Below, in pieces: positions 40,901 through 52,900 of a stretch of 54,514 nucleotides of DNA (within the stretch, counting starts at the first letter, position 1; every line of letters begins with the position of its first letter). The notes under the pieces are model-generated. The model was not told where the DNA came from. It worked only from the letters and a program-made list of their open reading frames with translations, and ran no database searches. Source of the stretch: Girardia tigrina (lineage: Eukaryota); contig MQRK01227905.1 of the NCBI GenBank assembly GCA_001938485.1, forward strand, positions 33,854 through 88,367, in the 5' to 3' direction. Made by a program: the position numbers and the translations under genes.

Positions 40901-43900
40901 CAAAATCGACATTTGGTTTAGCGGTCGAGACTTATTTTGATCATATCAGCTATGTAAACAAATTATCGATATAGAGATACAGAAAATCAGTGCTCCACAG
41001 AACTACAAATTATAAGTCAAAAAAGGCTATCAGCTGATGGGATGGATTCATTGGTCCATATTTTTTTTCGATGTAATAATGATTAGTAACAAGTTTATGA
41101 AGCTTTTCGAATAAAGAAAAAAAAACAGAAAATTGTTGATTTATATAAAATACCACATCGTATTAGGCATGCGTTTGGTGCTATTGTGTTGCAGTTCGGT
41201 CAACGACAATCTTTTTATTAGAAAAACGATTTGTTTTACCAAACACTTTTTATGATATGTTTAAAAATTTTAATTAAATGAATAAATACATTTAAGACTG
41301 CATTATTTCAATTTCCTTTCGTTAAAAACAATGAAATCATCATTTCATTACGAATTGATTGCACCCTAACCCATTTCTGTGAATGGTCTCGACCAAATGC
41401 TTGATTTTCTATTTGAAGTCGAAGCAATTTCAAGCAACCAACAATATTCGACAGTCAATTCCTCCCCTGTATCAATCCCCAGTCCCACGGGAGACAGCAA
41501 AAATCATTTGAAAACCGATAGCGGTGCTTATACGAGTATTTTCCATCGGTTTTCGATTGCTATTTTAAATAGATTGAATCAAAACGATTCGCGTGGTGGT
41601 CAGAATGGTACTCGGTTAGCCCTATGAATACAAGCGTCCGCATACAGACCATAAACTCGAGCCTAAACAAGTAGATTTTAGTATTGTCTCAGTTGGTCAG
41701 CTATCTCAATAATGGATCCACACATATTATGGAGTGTTTCAAACAGAAGCCCCTCCGTAATAGGTACCTGCATCATTTCAGATAACGTATTATTACAAAC
41801 GGCGGTATAGAGTGATCCCCGTATTCATTTGACCTGAACTTTTGCAATTTCTATCTATGTAGTATTCTCATTAATAATCTATTAAAATTCACAAAGGTTT
41901 TCATCAATTTTAAGTCTTGATTGATTGAGCCTGAGTATGTCCACTTCGAAAACTGTATATAATAAACGACATGTATTGTAATATATTTAAAAAAGAACTA
42001 TATATTCTTAATTGAATTTTCTAGAAAAATATGCTAATAAAAAATTAACTTGTAAATGAAGAACCTTGTAGGTAATAAACACGTTGACTGCCATGAGAAT
42101 CATACCCTGATGCTCAGTACTATTGCTCTTACTATTGCGGCAGTCAGCGTGTTAATTAAGTTGAGTTTAGTAGTTGGTATTCTAATAAAATCATTATAAG
42201 GAAAATATTTTTTTATTTTATCATTTGTTTCGAATAGTTATCTAATTATTTGTTAAGAAATGTTTTATTTTTAGAAGTTTGAATCGATAACTGATACTTT
42301 TAATCCGAGGAATTATCAGCGCATTCTTCTACTTTATTCCATTCAGACTTCACAAGGAATATGTGAAAAACCTCGAAAGATTTCATTAAATTATTATGAG
42401 AGTACCGATCGAACTCTTGGGAACTTTGTTACGTCAATGCTCAAGTTGTTTTATTAGACACTTTAATTTTTTATGTTGTAAAACAGTGATGTGACCAGCT
42501 GCCCCATAAAATGTGAGATACCAATCTTCGAACACGTTTATAAATTTGTCAGCAATGGAGGCTGCGTTCAAGTGTCGTTGCATTTTATGAAGAGTGAACC
42601 AGTTAATAGAGCTACAGAATTTCTACCAGACTCTGACAATACATCCAAAGTTAAATTGTGGAATTGGTGTTCACGTTGTGACAAGGTTTGTCTCTCATTT
42701 ATAATAAAATATTGGAAATGTACCTTTTGCACTCTCATACAAGTCAAGGCATTAAACTAGAAAAATCAATCATAAAATCAGAGTCCGACTTATATGACCG
42801 TTCAAAAAGACGGCACTTTAATTTTTAACGAGTGTAGCTATAAGTTAGTTAAGTGTTTATTCGTATTATATGTATAAGTATGTCAATAAGTCGATCTTGT
42901 AGCCAATTTTGGTCGATCGCGAAGACAATCTGACAAGGACCATTCTTCTACAAGGGAAATATGGTTATAATTTTAAAGTATTTATGTTATTTGTGTTTTT
43001 TGTTTCAAATTCTTCTAATGTGGATTGGTATAGGCTCCCAAGGGCATTGTTGAGAATAATAATAATTTCAGCTTGATTTAAAGTATTTTACTTGTAATTA
43101 TGTACGATACTGAACACGTAAAATGCTATGGTCAATTCCAATAAAACATGAGATTATGTTTTCTGTTACAGCTACGAAACATTTAAATTTGTTTCTAAAA
43201 ATCACTTCTTAAAACAACAATTTTTTAAAATAAATATTTATTACTAATAAAAACAAACTAATCCCTAAAGTACAGTCCCTTATGTTCCACCACTTTCTGC
43301 AATCTATCTACAAGCATCCACATTTGTTTAAAGTATCTCTCTGTCGCCTTAAAATCAAAAAAAACATTTGACAATGCTTCTGTAACTTCACTGAATGGTT
43401 CAAATCGGCAACGTTTCAAAAAGTGCTGAATCAATCGAAAAAGAATGTTGTCAATTGGTGCGATATCTTAACTTTAACCTGCGTACAGCAAAATTTCAAC
43501 ATCGTCGAACTTATCAAACTTCTCCTTAGTCATTTTGCCATTTCGTAGTTTGGCATTGAATGAACAAATTTTTGTGAATGTTGTATAATGGTTGGCAGTA
43601 GAGTTCGATATTGATAGCATGACTATTCGGAAAGAGTTCAAAATATACACATACACCTTCAATGTTCTCCCAAATACAAATCATGAAGTTCTTTTCAAAT
43701 CTATTACCACGTACAATTTACAGCTTTGCTTAACCTCGTGGAACCCATTGTTTTCTGCGAATTTGATTGATCAAATACATCAATTTCTCCTCATAAAGCA
43801 CAATGTTTCTCGAATTTGTCATGCAATGGAATGTTGATCAGTTCATGGAAAAGTTTAACTAATTTTGCGTCTTTGGTTTCGGGGAGCTAGTGTGGATAGA

Positions 43901-46900
43901 TACAAGTACTCTTATTGTAATGGCTTATTGTAAGCAAAATCAAGTGGTTTATGATAGCGATGAATTATTCAGGTGCCAAATCTCGAGTACTTGATGATTT
44001 TTAGCGTCCAAGGCAGCTTACAAGTATTCATTGTCTTACTTTGATGGTAGGCTAGAAGGAAGCATTTTCTAGATCTTAAATGCTTTAATTAGAAAATATT
44101 TTATTAATTATGTTGATATTCGAAATTTTGTAACAAGTATTTTCATATAAAAATCAGCAGAACTCTATTCTAAGGATCACTGTAATTTCATCGCGGTAAG
44201 TGTTATTTAATTAAGTAAAATAAGAATTATTTTTTAAATTGATTATGAATTATTAATTAAATAATAAAAAAAATCGTGGTAAATTTCTTTTTAAAATAAA
44301 GACACCATTTAAATAAGAAATTACCGCTATGAAATTACCGGACTCGCTATTCGAAAGGAACTTGTTAATGTCATAAAGGGATTTCTTTTAATGGATATTA
44401 TAGCATAATTTATTATGTTATTTAGTCTACTATTTCGATATAAAGTTTACATTTAAAAATAGAAATTAAATATCTTTTAATTTATTTAAGATTATTTATT
44501 TCAGAAATCTTATTAATTAAATACATAATATTAATATATTATTAATTATATACATAAAAGTATACATAAAGTATAATAAAGTAAAGTATTTTTGTATTTT
44601 AGTAAAAAATAAATAAGACATTTATTTTACAAAAAGGCATTTTAAAAGTAAGAGCTGTGATTTTGTAATTAAATTTTTAAAAAATAGATCGAATGAAAAA
44701 ATTATAAACTTAAATAAAATGTATAATTTTTAAAATAATTAAGAGTATAGATAAAATAAACGTTATGGAAAGTTTTAAGAAATATTAAAAATCTCATTAT
44801 TAAGAATTTTTACGAAATTGAAGTTGTTATCTGTCTTCGGAACGGCCGAATAATCCATAATAGAGTAACAAAATACTTTTTGTTAAAAATTTATTTTTAA
44901 TCACATTTTTTAAATTTTCAAATTCTCTCCCCAAAAAACTGAATATTCAAACAAAATCTTTTTTAATAGAATTCATATTTATTTTGGAGAAACCAATTTA
45001 TTTAAATTACCAACCATATATAGTATAAATATTTATATACAGACATACCTCGATTAACGCTACCTCTTTTAGCGCTGTTTCGTTATAGCGCTCTTTTGAT
45101 TTTATGAAAAAAAAATAATTTTAACTTCAATGTTCCATCAAAGAATTTTGGAAGAAATTTAATATCATGAATACCATAGAAAATATCGGTTCATCATGGA
45201 ATGAAGTGCAACAAAGTTGCCTCAAAGGATGTTGGAACTGCTTGCTTATTAAAACGGTTGAAGAAGAAATAATTAATGAACTACCACAAGTTATTACAGA
45301 AATAACGGAAATAGCAAATGATATTGGATTTGAGGAAGTTGATGAGGGAAACATTCAAGAACTAATTGAAAGTGATGACCATGATATCTCCAATGAAGAT
45401 CTGATAGCTAGTTTATCACAAATTCAGCCAGAAATTGCGGAGCCTACGCTAGAAACAGAAGATTTCACAGAAAATATTTTTACGAAAAAATGTTTGGAAC
45501 ATAATCTAGGGATAATCCAAAATGCCTTAGAAGATTTAAGTGAAAATGATCCCAATTTTGAAAGGTCATGCGCTATAAAACGAGGAGTACTGAACAATTT
45601 ATCACCCTACATGGAAATTTTAAAAAAAAGAAAACTGTTTAAGCAAACAAGCTTACCCACATTTTAAAAAAAAATAGTTAAATATGAATTTACGCCTTTA
45701 TTTTGTGATTTGTATTAATATATTTTTTTGTTTTTATTGAAATTGTTTTGTTATATTGAATTCTAATTTATTTTCTAATTTTTAAATGAAGTATAAATGA
45801 AATAAAAATTTTATTTCAAAATAAAAATACCATCTTTTTTTATTTTTCACTTCAAAGTACCAAAAAAAAATTGGTTGGGAACGTAACCTCATATTTTAGT
45901 GTAAATAGCACCTCTTTTAACGCTGTTTCTGTAAACGCTCAATTTTCAGGAACGCAATATGAGCGCTAAACGAGGTATGCCTGTACATAGAAATAGTATA
46001 ATTATTTAATTATTTAACGTAATTATAATGATAAAATTAATTTAATACATCAAAAATTTTCAATTAAATTTTAATCCCTAACAGAAATAAATTTGATTTA
46101 TTTGAAACATCGAGATTTGGTTTGTTTTTGACTTGTAATTAATATTTGAATTGTTAGATAAAGATAAATAAAACGGCAACAAGAATATGCTTTATTGAAT
46201 TCAAATACAAATACAATAATATCTGAATATTAAAACAAATATACAACAAATTATTTTTATAATATTTTCTCAATTTCATCATAATATCGTTACATGAATG
46301 AATGCAGATATTGACGCAACTAACATTGCATAAAGTTACATGTATTCTTTTCGATTCAAAACAAATTTCCCTAGTCTTTTTTTAATTATAATTGGTAATA
46401 ATAACGAGGTAATTTATTTTTATTTGATAAAGTTAGTTTAATTTTTAACATTATAATAGTCATCGTCATTTTTTTTCATATTACATACATTTTATTCTGA
46501 ATAAATTTTAAAAATATTATTTTTTCAGCAACCTTCTCTTCAATCTATGACAAGCGAGACGTGGAATTTATCCCTTGGAAGATTTTTCGACTTGTTATTC
46601 AACCTTAATTGTTCTGATGTTTCTCTTTTCCCTCCACATTGTTTTCATTCTTTACAAACGGATATTCATTATTATTTTACCCTTGGATCTGTTAACAAGG
46701 CACTTGAATTCAAGTAATTATATGCTACTATTATTGTTTTTGTTAAATATGTCACAATCGTTTCAGAAATTTAAGTTAATTCATAACCTAAGATCTTTAA
46801 TAATCCCATCTTCCGATTTGTCTTTAAAAAAATAATCCCTCTAATAAAGTGAATTTGTGAAATCTTTAGCTAGTTATGAAATAGCATTTCTAGGAAAATT

Positions 46901-49900
46901 CCCACTTCATGCTTCAATTCAACTAGACTTTGCAGTACTTTGCCATTTGATAGCCATCTTAATACAATGAGTAAAATAAATACGGTGTGTAACTTCCTTA
47001 ATTTTAACTTTTAATCCTTTCTTATCTCCTATGATAGGGTCAGTACCATCCTTCCAAACTCCAATGCAATTGCTCCCTTTTAGATCCTGTGTCTCTAGAA
47101 AGTTATTTAACATATTAAACATGTCGCTTCCTGTAGTTGTTCGAGTAAGTGTTAGAAAAGTATGGCCTTCAGAAACTTATCTCCAAAACAATATCTCATG
47201 TAAACAAGTAGCTCAGCCATGCCAGCTACATCGGTAGACTCGTCAATTTGCACGGAAAATTTCTCATTACTGAAATCGGCACTTACCCAATACAGAAAAG
47301 GAAATCATTCGTTCTTGAATAAATATTTTTTCAAGTTTGTGTCGTATTGAGTTATTTAAATAATACAATTAATTGGTACATTGAAACGAATTGAATTTCC
47401 TCACAGTAATTGATAAACTTTTATTCAGATATATACCCATTAAAATGTTTGAATTTCGAAGTCCCAGCTTGTTTATTCCCTTCAAGCAAAGCCATCGTTC
47501 AGAAGAGAGCTTGTTATCCGCATTTAGGAACTTACAGACTGAAGTTAATAATGTTGTTGAAGTCAAGTAAATCAGCAAGATTTTTTGAATAATTATTTGG
47601 TTTCATATTTTATGTGCTCGTGATTAATCTTTATTTTTAATTTGTATCAATGTAAATATATAAGTTTCATAAAAAATTCCATTATCAAGTTTCTTTTTTG
47701 AAAACTGTAAAAATCTAAAATTCGACGTAGGGAATTTGAGACTTTTATCCAAATAAAAACAAATAATACAACGAACTAGATTTGACTATATTATAAAGTT
47801 AAATTACACAACAAACAAAAGAACAAAATAATTACAATAATCATTGAAACCAAAATAATCGGATAAATTGACGCTTTCTCTAATAATACATATGATTCCA
47901 AAAATGTGTCTTCAGTAATTCATTATCATAATCCAAATTCAAAATTCCAATTTTTTATCAATAGATTTATGACTATATATATACAGGGTCATCATAAAGT
48001 AACTACCGGATTTTAAACTGCAATAACTTTTGAATTATATTGTATTTCTTTTTAATTATAAAAGCATCTTGAAGCTTATTCTTTAAAATTTAATTAAAAG
48101 TACATTTTCTTTTAAGCGTAAGATTCAAAATGGATGTAAATCAGCGTGTAAAATTTGTTATTTTATTTGCGAAGCATGAGTCAATGACTTTAGTAAGAAG
48201 AGAACTTCAACGACTTAAATGGAAAAATATTCCAACCGAAAAAAGTATTAGAAGCATCTTCAAAAGGTTTGAAGAAACAGGAAGCGTTCTAAATGCCATA
48301 AAATCTGGAAAACCACCAATTGATGATGAAAATAAAAATGAGATAGCAGAATATTTTAAGCAAGAACCCCAGTCTTCTATCAGGAAATCGTTGTCAACTC
48401 TGAATTGCTCTTATGGAACTGTTCAAAAAGTATTACGAAACGACTTAAAAATGTTCCCCTACAGTATTCAAGCCACGCAACTTTTGTATGAAGAAGATTG
48501 CGCTTTTAGTTACTTTATGATCGCCCTGTATATATTATTTATATAAAAATCATACTGGGGAATGAAAAATATTCATTATGGAAATTATCATCATTTTAAT
48601 ATTGTGATTTATTTACAAATTACAGGGTTTTACCTCTCATTTCGTAATAGAGGAAACGTTATGTTGTAATAAAAAAACTAAAAATAAAGTTAAATTATTC
48701 ATTTATAAACTGCATTTGTCTTTGATCAACAACCTCCGGATTATTTCTTTGCCCAGGTATAAGTGTCACTCTTTTTAATGTGTATGAGAAATCTTTAATA
48801 TATTGACCGATAGTTTTTTCACTTACAGTTTTTTTTATATTTTTCAGTAATTTTTCGCTTTAATTCTTTTAAGGTGATGCCACAGTCATCATCAGTACAT
48901 GTCTTAATAAATGCTGCTTGCTCTGAATTTAATGATTTTTTCCTTTATCCACCTTTTAAATTTTTCTCATAACAGCCTTCTTTATATACCATAATGATCG
49001 ATGCTGCGGTAGTGTATGGCTTATTAAAAATATCTGTAATCGATTTAATAGATTTGCCTGATTCTTAAACATCCACTATTAATTTTCTAATTTCGTTTGA
49101 AATTGCGATTAAAGATGTCTAAACTGTAATAAAAAACTTTACTTTAATTTTGTAAAATAATTTTTATGCATATAAAATCGCTTTTATAATCTTTATTTTA
49201 GAAATTTTATAATTTTTTTTATTTCCTTTTTTGACATTTCCTCAATTTTGAAAAGACGTTTCCTCTATTACGAAATGAGAGGTAAAACACTATAATGGAG
49301 TTAAGAGATTTCCGGAATGACAGGGATGATCATTAATCAAGAATTAGAGAGAGGATTAAAAATGACATATGAAAAAGACACACACATATGAAAAATATTG
49401 TCCAAGTATGTAACTCTACAAAAACAAATGGTAGACTTAATTGCATGAACGAGTTTCTATCTTCAATCATTTAGAAGTACGTAAACATTTTTTCTATTTA
49501 CCCTGTTTCATAAATCGAATATAAATCAATCCTATACTTTGGATATTTGCATTACTGATAATTCTCAACAAAAGATCTCTTGAAATTAAAATTGTAATTC
49601 CTGTTGTTAGAAGACTTTGAGACTGTCATGGTAATATTTATTTAAAACAATATGATCTTCGCAAGACGCGCGAATGAGGAATATCATCAGTATATATGTT
49701 GATTAATGCATACATCATACACACTATTTCGGTCGTGACCTATTACATTACAATACAGAGATCACACCTAGAACATTCCATGCATTCATTACACAACATA
49801 CATTTATTGGTTTGATTATAATTCTTCTCATACCAGTATTCAGTTTTACTACTTCTGTTTCATCATACATGCGTAATTCTCAAAGATTAATGTATCTTTA

Positions 49901-52900
49901 CACCATGGACAGCCTGAGGTAATAAGATAGATTGTGAAATCTATTAATTAAAAAAACCCAATATTCTAGTCTAAGTTATTGTGTCCCCTTGAAGAAGATC
50001 CAATCAAATTATGAAGTAGCACACATTTTATAGATCAGTCAGCATCTCGATGCTTTGTAAAAACGTTTTTATACCGGTAAAATAAATAATAGTCTATTTA
50101 ACTAAATGCACTCATTAATTTATTATAAACCTTAAAATAAAGCAAAAACATTCCAAAAAGAGGGGAAAAATAATCTTTCAATGTGAAAAACACGATAAGG
50201 ATTAAAACTCAACAAAAATAACAATGAATCTGATGATTAACCGAAAAACGGTTACTTCAGTGATAAAAAACACGTAGAGTTTTTAGAAAAAAATTAAGTT
50301 ATCGAAAGAATGTATCCTTGATAAATACTATTACAGGACCCAAATCGACAGATTACATTCGAAACTACATAAATCTAAAGTACAAGAAACTCGATCATCC
50401 GAACCTGTCATATGTCCAAAGCTATATAGTTCTGAGCTTCGCATGCCAGGTAGAAGACAGTTCGAGCAATTGTACTTTGATGTCTCTGGAGCAAAATCCC
50501 TATCAGTTTATCTCTCTTATCCGGGATATTTAAAATTACAAATTGCAAAAAGATTATTCTTATAAATTTATTTATTCACATGATTTAGGAACTATTAATT
50601 AACTGAAATTTAAATTTAAAATTATTAAATAAATAAATGTTATTCGAAGTATTAATACGAAACTAAAAAAGCCATTAAAAATGTAATATATTTTTTCTGA
50701 TTTTTTATTTGATCGAAATTTTTTTTAACATTTCTTTTCTAATCATTTTTTATTATTTTAGAAACAAATATAATTTACGAATCAAAGAGAAGTTGTTAGA
50801 ACTAAAGGCAATTTCAAAAGAAAAAGAAAATGAACTTTGTGATTTCTTAACGGTAATTTTAGCTAATTTGTTTTTTATATTTGGTAGTTAGGGTTATTTA
50901 TTTTATAAGACATGTATAAAGAATCTTGAGTCATCATAGATTATACATTTTTATATCTTTACTATGATCATCATGTAGATGTATTGACATTTTTGTTTAG
51001 AGAAGTAGATTTTCCTTTGGCGATACATCTGTAAGTTGTGATATTTTATAATAATAACAATAATAATAACAATGATAATAATAGTTATAATAATAACTAT
51101 AAAAACCATACATGTTGTTAGTGAAATAGCGCAGTTACGTGGCTGCGACGCCATGGCGTTGTTATGCGGTCATTTTGTGTCAGATAAATGGAAACATGTG
51201 TCTTACCGTCTGAGAGATGGCGTTATCAAAAGCTTCATTATATAAATGCTTCAGTCATTACCAGATATCTCAATCTAAATTTGTGTTGAATTCTCAGTTT
51301 CTAGGAACTCTACTGTTTAATTTGAATAAAGGCCAGCTTTAGCAAAGCCATTCTAGATGATAGAAAATACGATATCATTCTAAATAATTCTGGTTGCTTA
51401 CAATATAACCATAAAAATTCCATAAGAAAATTTTGGTCTATACCTGTGCACATTATTATCATTACTTATTATTACTTCCAATATGAAGACTTTCCTGGAA
51501 TTAGCTTGCTTTTCTGTATCGAATATACAATTCCAAGAACTTACTGTTCACTGGTAACATATTCCAGAAAAGGTTGTTTATTCAAAACTATAGATATCCT
51601 GATGAGAAAATTGTTAAAGAATCTTGGAAAAAAATTACTTCTTTCAAGTATTACCTGATTCGGTAACTTTTCCAATAATGCGGCGTTTTTTAAAGCACTC
51701 AATATCATTCGTGATGTTACTTAATCTATTTTTTGAATGAAACGTTTAAGGAATTCGTTTATTTTGATATTTTTTGTTTTTTCGGCAATACATTTTTCCA
51801 TTTGTCATAAGCCATTCAACAACAAGACCAAGATTGGGGCTTCTTTTACTGACAATACGTACGTCTCGATGGTACACTCATATTTGTCGATCCAGCCTCT
51901 TTTTCAACGTAGAATTTCATGCAATTTATTAATATTGGTAGTTTGTTACAATTGATATTAAATCTCAAAATTTATACAATTCATACATTAAATAATATTA
52001 AAACTGTGACACATATTTTGAATGTTGTACTAATTTTTGTGCTTTGTACATAGTTTTAGACTGGTGACTTTTCCATCCAGATAGTAGATTGATATCGTTT
52101 GTTTAATTATTTAAAGTAATTCAATAAGTTTAACGTTTAAATGGGAATGAATATAAAATATATTAAATTTTTTGTTGCAATTTTTATTTAATTAAAGTAT
52201 AATATAATTTTAAATTTAATTACTTATTTTGAAAAATTGTTAATTAATTTAACCAATAAAGATTTTACAAATATAATATAATTTATTCTCCATTTAATTT
52301 TTGAAGCTAAAATAATTATTAAAAATGTATCAATTAATAGAGAGAAATAATCCAGATCTAAGAACTGATAATCATTGTAACGACAATTCTATTTGTGTTG
52401 TTAATAAATGTTTTCCCGCAAATATTGATGTTAATAAAAACAATCGATTTAATTCAACTAAAATAGATAACAAAATATTTTTCAATGATAATGTAGTAAT
52501 GTATCATATAATACGTTAGTAGTTGGACAGGAAACCGTGTCTCTACGTTGTTTTGGACAGATAACGGTAGTAATCACCTTTCATTTTTAAGAACACAACA
52601 ATGAGCGGAATTCCATCTCGTTTACGCAATTCAAATTTACAAGAGTCTTCACTAACACATACAGTCTTAGTATCACTGGAAATTGTTAAATCAGTTTTTA
52701 CGGAATTATTTTGGTCATTAGAATCTTTTGTATTCTCAGAATCTTCACAACATGCAATAATATCGATATTTGGTAGATTATTTTGTTTACGATAATTACA
52801 GTTTTCAAAATCATCGTCACTGATACTGGATGCCATTTTATTATTCAAGTTTTCCATTTTGGTAAATTCATTTTTTACAAAGTTTTCACAATATAAAGAA

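Noticed and set aside
46767-46835. Possible exon after a 53-bp intron
   Set aside because: Stop codon in the required phase; 47429-47566 fits homology instead
50228-50262. ctgatga followed by hairpin taaccg-aaaaa-cggtta (hammerhead-like)
   Set aside because: No GAAA after the stem and no stem I/III
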